32,000 nucleotides of DNA from Nostoc sp. PCC 7120 = FACHB-418 (GCF_000009705.1 NC_003272.1:5400001-5432000), one strand, 5' to 3'. Counted from the first letter of the stretch, positions 8,161-17,113 are shown. Made by a program: numbers and translations. The notes: a model not told the origin generated them from the letters alone.

Positions 8161-9723
8161 CTAGCCAGATAGATCAATGGGCGAATCCGTATCAATAGCT
8201 GCCAATTTGGCTAGAATTTGGGGCTTGATTTTTTCATATTCTCCTTTGAGAAGGTTTTTACTCATTTGGGGATCAACACAGGAGACAAAGGTTTTCGCGG
8301 TCATAATCCACTGTTGTAGGCGTTGACGTTGAACAGAGGCAACACTAGCACTTAAGACATGAGAACAGCGATTTGGTGATTCTCGTGCGAAAAATAGTAA
8401 ACGATAGCTACCTGTTTTTACTAACAAGCTGGCTATCTCTTGACCGATACCCGTTTTAAGATCGAGATAGTAAGGTAACCATTTAGCTCCATATTTACGG
8501 TTATGGATAACCGTGATCCATAGCAGCATTGGATGAGGCGCTGTGATGAACAGAAATTGATTGTAACGACTGCAAATGATGCGTTTGAAAATTTCTTTTT
8601 CCGGCAGCATTACCCATAGTGCAGGTAAGACTTCTCCACTGACATTGACAGACTGAGGAAAAACAATATCAGCAATAGGTTTATTTTGTGGCCAGGAAGT
8701 ATTGTAAATAGTGTTATCCTTAGGTACAGATAACAGCACATCGGGTTTTATCTTTTGTTCAGGGACAGTATTAACTGTTAAGGTAGCAGTAGATTGACGA
8801 TTATCATAGTTTTCCTGCTTCAATAAACGTTTACTACGTTGTTGTTCCACAGACTCTAAAACTTGCAGTATTTCACTGATACTTGATGGGCGGTCTTTTG
8901 CTGACTTAGCTAGACAGTTCATTACTAAATTTTCTATTTCCTTCGGAATTGCTAAATCAGGCGCAACCTCAGAAAAAGTTCTTGGCGGTTGGTGGTGATG
9001 AGTTTTGTACCATGAGCCAAAAGAATGGGTAGGTGCAACTAATGGCATCTTACCTGTGAGCATTTCAAACATCATCACACCCAAACTATAAATATCGGAG
9101 CGATTATTTAATTCTTTACCCTCCATTTGTTCAGGAGATGAATAAGCTAGTGTCCCCAAATAAAATTTTGTCTGGTCACTATTTGACTGTAGTAATTTAG
9201 CAATACCAAAATCTAAGACCTTAACTAATTCTCCAAAGCTGGGATCTTGAATCACTAGGATATTGCTAGGTTTAATGTCACGGTGAATAATGGGGTAGAC
9301 CGTCCCATCAAATGGAATACCATTATGAGCGCACTGTAAACCCAAGCAAATTTGACGCGCCATGCTCACAAAGCGAGACAAGGATATATTTTGCTGGCGA
9401 ATTATTTGGTTGAGGCTTTGTCCTTGTAGATATTCCATGACATAAAAGGGGATTTTATTTTCATCTACGCCGTAATCCATCACGCGCACAATATGAATAC
9501 TTTTTTGCCCCAATAAGGCACAGGTTTTTGCTTCTCGCTCAAAGCGTTCTTGCAAACGCATTTTCTCATTTTGCATTGATAAAGCCAGAAATTTCACCGC
9601 AACAGGTACCCCTCCCAACAAAACATCCTTGGCACGGTAAACTCTACCCATTGCTCCAGTACCAATTAATTCCTGAAGCTGGTAACGTTTGCCAAGTAAG
9701 CGACCTATGTTGGGGTCTGACAT
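8161..9723 (-). CDS. Hanks-type Ser/Thr protein kinase with an uncharacterised C-terminal domain
   Basis: Kinase motifs present: GTGAMGRVY, VAVKFL, HRDIKPSNIL, DFGIAK and GTLAYSSPEQ. The C-terminal ~185 aa carry no motif I recognise. The ORF-track start at 9750 is TTG; I prefer the ATG at 9723 (MSDPNIGRLLGKRYQL). Confidence 0.9.
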   Translation of the reverse strand: MSDPNIGRLLGKRYQLQELIGTGAMGRVYRAKDVLLGGVPVAVKFLALSMQNEKMRLQERFEREAKTCALLGQKSIHIVRVMDYGVDENKIPFYVMEYLQGQSLNQIIRQQNISLSRFVSMARQICLGLQCAHNGIPFDGTVYPIIHRDIKPSNILVIQDPSFGELVKVLDFGIAKLLQSNSDQTKFYLGTLAYSSPEQMEGKELNNRSDIYSLGVMMFEMLTGKMPLVAPTHSFGSWYKTHHHQPPRTFSEVAPDLAIPKEIENLVMNCLAKSAKDRPSSISEILQVLESVEQQRSKRLLKQENYDNRQSTATLTVNTVPEQKIKPDVLLSVPKDNTIYNTSWPQNKPIADIVFPQSVNVSGEVLPALWVMLPEKEIFKRIICSRYNQFLFITAPHPMLLWITVIHNRKYGAKWLPYYLDLKTGIGQEIASLLVKTGSYRLLFFARESPNRCSHVLSASVASVQRQRLQQWIMTAKTFVSCVDPQMSKNLLKGEYEKIKPQILAKLAAIDTDSPIDLSG

Positions 9724-10091
9724 AGAAAATTGGACTCCAATATTCAACAATGGTGAACTACACCTGTACTGAAAAAGTGCAGAGTAGTATTAGCAGGATG
9801 ATAAGCAGTTTTCTGTTAGCGGTAGCGGGGTGTTTAGCCCGTAAAATTCACCAGCCTCTCACCTCTAAACCTCTAGTCCCCTTTTCATTTATCCTGATAT
9901 ACACAGTTCATTATGGATACTCAGGATATGAGTACTAAGTTCTGTGGTTGAGGAGCGCAAACAAAAAATAATAGGTAGATGTATCCTAATCTTCTGCACT
10001 GGGATTTTGATGTAGTTCTAGTTTGCCCAATTTTTCTGTGGTAGATAACTTAAGGGATGTCAAAATTATGGGGATTGGCGAAAAGATACCC

Positions 10092-10119
10092 ACTGACAAC
10101 TGACTATTGACTAATTATT
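10092..10119. repeat. STRR-type heptamer array (ACTGACA ACTGACT ATTGACT AATTATT)
   Basis: Four consecutive 7-nt units read directly from the sequence, just downstream of the 171-aa gene on the minus strand. Confidence 0.7.
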
Positions 10120-10122
10120 TGA

Positions 10123-10638
10123 TCAAGACTGACGCTCTAAGCTTGCTTCCATTGTGCTTGTTAAAAAATGACCTGACATAACACCACTACTGAGATAATA
10201 GGCATCGTCAGAAACGCGGTGCATGGTTTCAAATCCACTACGACGCTGCCGATCGCTCATTGCCCAGTAACGCTGCACAATTGTGTCTAGACCAATCCAA
10301 CCCTCGCCTTCAACCTGTCCTAAAAGACTATGTTGGAGTAAAAAAGTATATTGGCGTTCTTCTTGATGTAAGCGCCCCTTATACTGTAGTGAAATTTCTG
10401 GGCGATCGCTACCCGGAAATATCAGCTTTGCTGCCATAGTAAACCAGTTATCTCGATTCCAAGCTACCAAGGTCATACCCTTGACGCTGATTGGCATACC
10501 ATTCCGTTCTAGCCAACTGCCTTGTATTTTCCAGCGTCCTGGTTCCAACAAAAAAGTGTGAGCCACTTTGTATCTTCCTTGCCTTGATCGAGTAGTCCTC
10601 AGACTATAAACATATATTCTGCAAAGTCGAAATGTCAT
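10123..10638 (-). CDS. Hypothetical protein (171 aa)
   Basis: A long ORF with an ATG start, 56 nt downstream of anmK on the same strand. I see no recognisable catalytic motif. The basic N-terminal 24 aa may not be translated, since an alternative GTG lies at 10566. Confidence 0.5.
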   Translation of the reverse strand: MTFRLCRIYVYSLRTTRSRQGRYKVAHTFLLEPGRWKIQGSWLERNGMPISVKGMTLVAWNRDNWFTMAAKLIFPGSDRPEISLQYKGRLHQEERQYTFLLQHSLLGQVEGEGWIGLDTIVQRYWAMSDRQRRSGFETMHRVSDDAYYLSSGVMSGHFLTSTMEASLERQS

Positions 10639-10658
10639 TAGTCAGTGGTCAGCAGTTA
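10638..10658. repeat. STRR-type heptamers (TTAGTCA GTGGTCA GCAGTTA)
   Basis: Three 7-nt units read directly in the spacer between anmK and the 171-aa gene. Confidence 0.65.
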
Positions 10659-10694
10659 TCTTTTCTCCTTACTCCTCATTCCCATTTTCTATCT

Positions 10695-11873
10695 TCACCC
10701 TTGATGAATTTCTCCCAACAAAACTTCATGTGGTGCGCCTGTGGCTGTTGGTAGGTTGCCTGGAATGGCTAATTGTCGCCAGTGAGCTAAAACAGCAAAG
10801 GCGATCGCTTCTTTAAAGTCGGCACTCACGCCTGCTTCATCGGTGGTCAAGACTGGGACTGTTTCTAACGCTAACTGTAATCTTTGTTTTAAATACAAAT
10901 TACGACTACCACCGCCACATAAAAATACACGTTGTGGCATTTGTGGTAAAAAAGTACGGTAACTGTGAACAATGGAAGCTACAGTTAGTTCCGTAAGTGT
11001 TGCTAGCATATCAGCTGGACTAAGTTGGTATGGTTCGGCATCTTGGAAACATTGATTTAGGTAAGCCACACCAAACAATTCTCGACCAGTCGATTTAGGT
11101 GGTGAGAGATGAAAATATTCATGGGTGAGCCATTTTTCGACTAAAGGATAGCAAGGAGTTCCACTGGCTGCCCATTGACCATCTTCATCATAGGTTTTAG
11201 CACCAGCCGTCAGACGTTCTACTGCTAAATCTAACAGGCTATTACTTGGGCCTGTGTCCCAACCACAAATTTGTGAAAGCCAGTCATCAGTACGCGCTGG
11301 GATATAGGCAAGGTTACCAATACCACCTAAATTTTGAATACAACGACTTTCATGGGGATGACTCAGTAAAAAGGCATCGACTCTGGGAACAAGTGGTGCG
11401 CCATGACCACCAACAGCGATATCAGCAACACGAAAATTACTGACAGTTGTAATTCCCGTCAAATAGGCAATCATCTCACCACGACCAAGCTGGAGAGTAT
11501 AACCAAGGTTTTTCTTCCCTACTCCTGCTTCTTTTGGTGGTCGATGATACACAGTTTGACCATGAGAGCCAATTAAATTTGCTGGCTGATAACCTATTTG
11601 AATATTTTGAGCAGCTTGGGCAAAAGCTAGGGCGATCGCATCATCCATATGTGCAAGTTCCAACATGGAAATAGCTTCGCCTGCACAAACTGCCAATATG
11701 CGTTCTCTTAAGTCCGCAGGATAAGGATATGTTTTTCCTGCTAGTAACTCAACTTTCAGATCCAATTCTGTGCCAGTAATCTCTACTAAGGCGGCATCTA
11801 TACCATCTACAGATGTGCCACTGATTAAACCGACAACACGGTTAGGAACGGCAGATGCTTGAGAAGAATACAT
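10695..11873 (-). CDS. anmK: Anhydro-N-acetylmuramic acid kinase
   Basis: The N-terminus [20 protein letters not shown] matches the AnmK signature (GxMSGTSxDGxD in E. coli). Also present are GSHGQTVYH and CGGGSRN. The length of 392 aa is typical. Confidence 0.9.
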
Positions 11874-12254
11874 GATTAAATGTTGCTAATTGCCAGGGGT
11901 AGTCTAATTGATACTTGTCTTTTTGTCAAAAACTTAAATTTTCATATTGTCTTTATGAAAAGAATATAGGTTCTGACCGATTTATTAACTCTCAAATTCA
12001 TACTGCCTTCAAGATTTCTCATGTTTAGACGGAATTTTATACAAGTACAATTTTATTTCACATTTATTTTAAATTGCTTGGCAAAATCCTTCAATATAGA
12101 CAATGTTTTTACTTATTAATGTCATGCAATAAAGCACTAAGGTGTCCAGAGATGCTTTTAACTAAAGTCTAGTATTTATATCCTGTCTTTTAACCGTAAT
12201 TACTCACAGAATTGAGTTGTGTTTACTAATTAGACAAAGGCAGAGTTCAAAATT

Positions 12255-13016
12255 ATGATTCTTAAAAAACTTGTTTGTGCCGCATTAGTCTCGACATCAG
12301 CGATCGCTTCTTTTGCTTATGCTGGCTCTGCTCACGCTATTGGCTTCAAGGTGGAGACAGGTGTTGCTGGTCCTAATGGTGTTACCAATCAAGGCGCTTA
12401 TTCTCAGTTTTGGCAAGATTCAGGTGTAACAACTATTGATTTCAATAATGGTATGGCTCCAACCACCGGTTTTGCTAAATATTCATTTGAAAATGGCGGC
12501 GGTAGCAGTGTAAGAAAAGACCAATGGGCCCCAGCAGGATCCAACGGAGAAGTCAATGATACAAGTTACTTAGCTGTCTTCAATGGTGATAAAGTGACCA
12601 TTAACTTAGATAGCTATCTTAATTATTTCGGTATTAACTGGGGTGCGATCAGCAACAATAATACCTTCTCTTTTTATAATGGGGACACTTTGATCAGGTC
12701 TTTCACCACTCAAGATGTAAATACCGTAGCTCCTATTAGTGCTACACAGCATGGTGGAGAACGTAATGGTTACCTTCATTTCTACTCTGAAGGCAGTGAT
12801 GATATTTTCAACAAGATCGTCATCTCTCAAGCTAGTACAGATGGTGGTGGGTTTGAAAGTGACAACCACTCTTTTAAGATTGGAAATGGCAGATTTACAG
12901 GTTTTGACCCCCAATCTGTTCCCGAACCTGGTATGACTTTAGGGATGCTAGCTGTTGGTGGTTTATTCTTACGTCAACACAAAAAGCAAAAATTGCAAGG
13001 TGCCAGCAAATCTTAA
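12255..13016 (+). CDS. Secreted PEP-CTERM sorting-domain protein
   Basis: The N-terminal signal peptide is MILKKLVCAALVSTSAIASFAYAGSAHA. The C-terminus VPEPGMTLGMLAVGGLFLRQHKKQK has the PEP motif, a TM helix and a basic tail, which is the PEP-CTERM architecture. Confidence 0.85.
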   Translation: MILKKLVCAALVSTSAIASFAYAGSAHAIGFKVETGVAGPNGVTNQGAYSQFWQDSGVTTIDFNNGMAPTTGFAKYSFENGGGSSVRKDQWAPAGSNGEVNDTSYLAVFNGDKVTINLDSYLNYFGINWGAISNNNTFSFYNGDTLIRSFTTQDVNTVAPISATQHGGERNGYLHFYSEGSDDIFNKIVISQASTDGGGFESDNHSFKIGNGRFTGFDPQSVPEPGMTLGMLAVGGLFLRQHKKQKLQGASKS

Positions 13017-13064
13017 TCTGATTCGAGTTCGAGAATTGGTAATTTTGGAGTAACTAAATAGAAG

Positions 13065-13112
13065 ATTATCTTTTTCTCCATGATGCTTTTATAGCGTCTG
13101 GAGATAATTTTT
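13065..13112 (+). terminator. Candidate intrinsic terminator after the PEP-CTERM gene
   Basis: ATTATC (13065-13070) and TCTCCA (13075-13080) pair with TGGAGA (13099-13104) and the following TAAT, followed by a T-run (13108-13112). The loop is large and there is a bulge, so confidence is moderate to low. Confidence 0.4.
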
Positions 13113-13153
13113 ATGTGGCAATGGCTATTTTGACGGTAAAACTACAAATATAG

Positions 13154-13174
13154 CTAGGGACTAGGGACTGGGTG
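13154..13174. repeat. STRR-type heptamers (CTAGGGA CTAGGGA CTGGGTG)
   Basis: Read directly from the sequence. Confidence 0.65.
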
Positions 13175-13370
13175 AAAAGTCGTTTTGTGTCTAGGTTTTA
13201 TCATCTATGTGATGTCCTAACACTACTGGCAACAGCTATAAATAAAAAAGTTGTATATTCTCGCCAACAAATTCCCTGTAAGTATTTGGAAATATTTGCT
13301 CCAAGATTTAGTGGCGATCGCTTATCCATTGCTGTCCAACCACCAGAAGGTATAAACGCAGATCAGAAGT

Positions 13371-13599
13371 AGGGCTGTTTCATCCCTTAAAAGCCCCTAA
13401 ATTACAAGCTTATCCACCGAAGAAATCAGGTAGTTGAGAAATTTTATTTGCTTATGAGCCTAGCGATCGCCTATGGTGGGCGGAACGCCATCGTACTGAA
13501 AATTACTGCTGGAAATAGTAATTTTTCGCTTGCCGACTCCCTAAAATTTCTGGCTGATACTCTTGATAAAATACTTATCTGAGCGAATGAAACAGCCCT
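13371..13599. mobile_element. MITE-like element bounded by perfect 13-bp inverted repeats
   Basis: AGGGCTGTTTCAT (13371-13383) is the exact reverse complement of ATGAAACAGCCCT (13587-13599). The 203-nt interior is non-coding and contains a HIP1-plus-hairpin repeat at 13461-13494. I did not identify a target-site duplication. Confidence 0.3.
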
Positions 13600-13638
13600 G
13601 CTTTTTTAAGAGGGGTTAGGGGGGATCAAAACGTTATA

Positions 13639-13677
13639 GGGCAAGGTTGATCAGACTGGTGTATACACCCCTTGCCC
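13639..13677 (-). terminator. Compound stem-loop downstream of the DUF4360 gene, a candidate terminator
   Basis: GGGCAAGG (13639-13646) pairs perfectly with CCTTGCCC (13670-13677). The loop holds a 12-bp perfect palindrome GGTGTATACACC (13658-13669). Read on the minus strand, TATAACGTTTTG follows the stem. Confidence 0.4.
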
Positions 13678-13754
13678 CCACAAGGTAGAGGCTTTGAAAC
13701 ACTGTTGTCTTGTTTCTCTGCTTGTATAAAACCACCCTGCTACACCGAAAAGAC

Positions 13755-14360
13755 CTAACGACACTGGCGATATTTGATGTGATAAACCAAACCACGATGA
13801 GCAAGGTCAAAAGAGTCAACGGTGGCCATCCCTTGACCACTGGCGGTCATGGCAGCGTTCACCCGCATATTCACACTATCACCACAGCGTGACCAGACAT
13901 CAGCCACGGTCACTAATTGATCTCGGACATTGTAGTCTGTTTCGCCTCTAAATGTCCGAGAAAAAACAGGGCCACGCTGACCAGCAAAAAAGTACTCTGC
14001 CCTGAGTCTCCCTGTTGTCTTGGGAGCAACATAACCTCGATAATCAGCATCATAGAGGGAGATTTGAAAGCCTTGGGGTACTTTGATCGGAATGCTCAAA
14101 TTACAACTTTTGCGGCTTTCTCCTGACTTATTACCCACAGCTATAAAGTTGTCGAAGAGGATACTTAGTTCTTGACCATCGGGGCTGACACTGACGCTGG
14201 CAGATCCGTCAGGGCAACCATTACCGCCATATTCTGCACCTAAAATCGTAACTTTGTCATTAGCAAGAGCAGGGCCAACAGAAGCGGTAATTAGTGTAGC
14301 CGCAGTCAGAAAAGCTTGGATAAAATTGATAGATGTTTTCTTGATGTTGGGATTATTCAC
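13755..14360 (-). CDS. Secreted DUF4360-like protein
   Basis: The signal peptide is FIQAFLTAATLITASVGPALA. The mature part VTILGAEYGGNGCPDGSASVSVSPDGQELSILFDNF...RKSCNLSI...DADYRGY...WSRCGD follows the conserved Cys/aromatic pattern I associate with DUF4360. The start is GTG, preceded by AGGTGA. Confidence 0.62.
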   Translation of the reverse strand: MNNPNIKKTSINFIQAFLTAATLITASVGPALANDKVTILGAEYGGNGCPDGSASVSVSPDGQELSILFDNFIAVGNKSGESRKSCNLSIPIKVPQGFQISLYDADYRGYVAPKTTGRLRAEYFFAGQRGPVFSRTFRGETDYNVRDQLVTVADVWSRCGDSVNMRVNAAMTASGQGMATVDSFDLAHRGLVYHIKYRQCR

Positions 14361-15091
14361 GATTCACCTAACTTGAGTAATTTGAATAGTCTTAGATCCA
14401 AATATGATGTATGCAATTCCAGAAAAATTATTTAGGGAATTCTGCATGAATCATACTTTTTTTGTAGAGTAGAGCTTGTATATAACATTATTGACAGCAT
14501 GGTTTGTGGCATAGATTATAGTTATAAGATAAGCATAATCTAGCCAAATAATTAACTTATTAATCAATGAGCTAAATACAAGTTTTTAACTCTACGTTGT
14601 ATAGATTATCAATTATTAAATTAGTCGGCAAAAAATAGCAACGGATAGCATTATCAACAATTTCGATACTCATAGTTATCGATGAATTGGCTGATCATAA
14701 CTACTGAAGCCACATTTGCATACTGCATTTAAGCTAACTAAAGTTACACTGAATAGCTGATACAAACATCTAAACAGAATTCAGATTTATTAGTCAGAAG
14801 GAGCTTTTGCTTGTAATGTCGTTGGATGAATTAGCGACATTATTCGAGGTGCTAAATCCAATATTTAGCAGAGTATAATTAGTAAGATTTTTTCCACTAA
14901 TTAATTGTGATTTTCAGCTTCCGACTCCTTAGTCAAGCTTTTAATATTTAATCTATACTCGCTCAATGACTAAGAATTTTGTCTTGTGTTCCCGTAAAAT
15001 GAGTTAAGTAATCACATTGATAATTAAGTATCGATCGCCAACGGTAGGCGGAACGCCTCGCCTAAATTTTTATTGCATTTCGTTGATGTGA

Positions 15092-15181
15092 TTACTCAAT
15101 TTTGATCTCACTCCAACACGTATTGCCGGATTTATGTTTGTGATTCTGGGTATTTCCTTAGTTGCGTATGCAAAACGGTAG
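15092..15181 (+). pseudogene. Relic of the 3' end of a DMT/EamA-type transporter gene
   Basis: A stop-to-stop frame encodes LLNFDLTPTRIAGFMFVILGISLVAYAKR*. This resembles the last TM helix and basic tail of an EamA domain, but no upstream coding sequence precedes it. A HIP1-hairpin repeat lies directly upstream at 15029-15062. Confidence 0.3.
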
Positions 15182-15908
15182 CAGAAAAGAAGCGATCGCC
15201 TGTATCAGTATCATAGATGCGATCGTATCTTTTTGTTTACTGGAGTTTTACCTTACGTCGTAACACGTTAGTATTACAGAGAAGAAAAATAAGTCTGCCT
15301 AATCCAGCTTTACTCTCAAAACACCTATGTGCAGGGTTGAAGCTAGGAACGGAGGAACCAAGTTTGGGGCGTATCTGCCAAAAAAGCTGAAGCTAAAGTA
15401 TGAAAAAGAGATTTCAAATTTTAGACTTAGAGCATTTAGAGAAGGACATCTCTCAGTCCTAGCCCGTCAGCTAACTTCGTAGGCATTGAGAGGAGATTGA
15501 ACGAGCAGCATTTATACAAATAATGCCTGTCGTCAGTATCCTTGGCTGGTAAACTTACGCTTCGTTTTACCTGTCCTCGCACTGGAAGTCAGGGTTTTAT
15601 AGTCTGTGTTTCTAGGGGCTGAGGTCGGATTAGTTGCCTTGAGGTACAGTTGATCATGTTTTTGAAGATAAATCATCCCTTTACTTTCATCACAGTAGAT
15701 ATTGTTAGCGCCACCATAAATAGGATTGAAAGTTTGTTTTTTCCCATAAAGAAGATTCCAACACAGTACTGATAAAACTTTGATCAAACTGTAGAGAAAA
15801 CATCTGTCATTGTGCTAGGTGTAAATTTTTGATGCAGCTTGGTTGAATTAGTTTGTCAGAAAAACTCAGCATAGAAGCACGTATTCGTAAACATTACAGG
15901 AGAATAAA

Positions 15909-16151
15909 ATGTCTATTAAAAATCGCAACTTTTTCACTGATGTTAACTTTTTACCTGAGCATAAATTTAAGTTAATTGGAGAGTTTGCCGGGAAAAAGCT
16001 CTTACTAATTGGCAGAACTAATGCCTATGGCGATCCCATCGTAGCAGCAAGCCATAGTAGTGAACCTAACCACGAAGATTTATACGCTTATGACTTATAC
16101 GAGTTGATGAAGTGTAATCACGAACTAGTTAATCTCACTGGAGAAATCTAG
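15909..16151 (+). CDS. Hypothetical small protein (80 aa)
   Basis: ATG start preceded by ACAGGAGAATAAA (GGAG 8 nt upstream). No recognisable motif. It lies within the AT-rich, gene-poor stretch. Confidence 0.35.
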   Translation: MSIKNRNFFTDVNFLPEHKFKLIGEFAGKKLLLIGRTNAYGDPIVAASHSSEPNHEDLYAYDLYELMKCNHELVNLTGEI

Positions 16152-16695
16152 TCAATTAATGGGGTGGGGTGATAGGGATAATTTATTTTTTGGTGTTCCC
16201 TTACACCGTTCTAGTCATACACATCAATAATTAGTGCCGATCTTTTGTTATGTGGCGTGTTTTCGTGTAAAGCAACACACCATTTGAGGTTTTATAGGTG
16301 TAAATATTAACACCTATAAAATCCCAATCACTGAAATAAAAATATTGTAAAGTTTTGTAACATACCGGATAACTTTGTCCTACTTCTACAGAAATACCTA
16401 TAGAACCGCAACTGGAATCTCCATATACCGCGTTCAATAACATCAGAGATATAACAGAATTTATGTTGTATCTCTGCCTTCCTTATAAGCTTGTATGGTT
16501 TGCTAACTGCTAACACCTAACGGTAAAACCGAAAAGATATGCAAGTTAAATGTACGACAGTTTATGTATTTCTTAAATATTAATTAAAGCTATGTGTTAT
16601 GAAAGTGCCAATAGTAGATTTATTTCATCACCATCTGGGTTTTTTGTTACCAATAAAGGATAAACAATAATTATAAAATACCTGGAAATAGGGTA

Positions 16696-17016
16696 ATGAA
16701 TAATCCAATTCTCGCAACTGCTAGTGTTGTAATTGCTTTCGGTATCATTGTTGGTGTCTTCATTGTGGGATTAATTTATATCCAACGGCGACGACAAGCA
16801 GTAGACAGTTTGATCCGTATTAATAACGTGGTTGGTTGTTTTGGGATTGTGGAAGTTCCCATAAACCAAAATAGTCCAGGAAAAGTACGGATCAATCTCA
16901 AAGGTTCTCTAGTAGACTTTGTAGCTTTCACCGATGAAATTCATCAATTTAATCAAGGTGATTCTGTTGTTATCGTGCGAATTAAGGGAAATAAGGTTTG
17001 GGTGGTTAATGTTTAG
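16696..17016 (+). CDS. NfeD-family membrane protein (YuaF/YqiJ-like)
   Basis: One N-terminal TM helix (ILATASVVIAFGIIVGVFIVGLIYI), followed by a short beta-rich C-terminal domain GIVEVPINQNSPGKVRINLKGSLVDFVAFTDE...GDSVVIVRIKGNKVWV typical of the NfeD OB-fold. It sits directly upstream of the flotillin genes, as in the Bacillus yuaF-floT pair. Confidence 0.8.
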   Translation: MNNPILATASVVIAFGIIVGVFIVGLIYIQRRRQAVDSLIRINNVVGCFGIVEVPINQNSPGKVRINLKGSLVDFVAFTDEIHQFNQGDSVVIVRIKGNKVWVVNV

Positions 17017-17063
17017 CAAGAGAGGGCAGGAGGCAGTTTATAGTGCGGTTTAGAAGGATATTC

Positions 17064-17112
17064 TGATGACGGTTGACAGTTGAGAAATTACTAATGACTC
17101 TTGATAAATAAC
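17064..17112. repeat. Heptamer-periodic STRR-like array filling the NfeD-flotillin spacer
   Basis: TGATGAC GGTTGAC AGTTGAG AAATTAC TAATGAC TCTTGAT AAATAAC: seven 7-nt units ending 1 nt before the flotillin ATG. Confidence 0.7.
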
Positions 17113-17113
17113 T

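Noticed and set aside
9528-9938. Small ORFs at 9528-9725 (+) and 9750-9938 (+)
   Set aside because: The first is antisense to the kinase N-terminus. The second has no ribosome-binding site or motif and lies in the kinase upstream region.
12255-13016. The PEP-CTERM protein as part of an exosortase system
   Set aside because: No exosortase (EpsH-like) or polysaccharide genes are in the window, so no system-level claim can be made here.
13172-13372. A 66-aa ORF next to the MITE-like element
   Set aside because: It starts at a GTG inside an STRR array, shows no motifs, and ends exactly at the inverted-repeat arm. It is probably fortuitous.
13634-13892. ORFs at 13634-13840 (-) and 13710-13892 (+)
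   Set aside because: Both overlap the 3' end and terminator hairpin of the DUF4360 gene in other frames and have no support.
15400-15462. A 20-aa sORF, MKKRFQILDLEHLEKDISQS, reminiscent of the start of a double-glycine-type leader peptide
   Set aside because: It stops before any GG motif or core peptide. There is no Shine-Dalgarno sequence and no processing or transport genes nearby. At most it is a relic.
15533-15787. An 84-aa minus-strand ORF
   Set aside because: TTG start, no Shine-Dalgarno sequence and no motif. It could be another gene relic, but I cannot support it.
16231-16516. Two overlapping minus-strand ORFs (70 and 62 aa), plus an 8-bp stem (CAGAGATA 16444-16451 with TATCTCTG 16469-16476)
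   Set aside because: There are no ribosome-binding sites or motifs. The hairpin has a 17-nt loop and no T-run, so neither a gene nor a terminator is supported.
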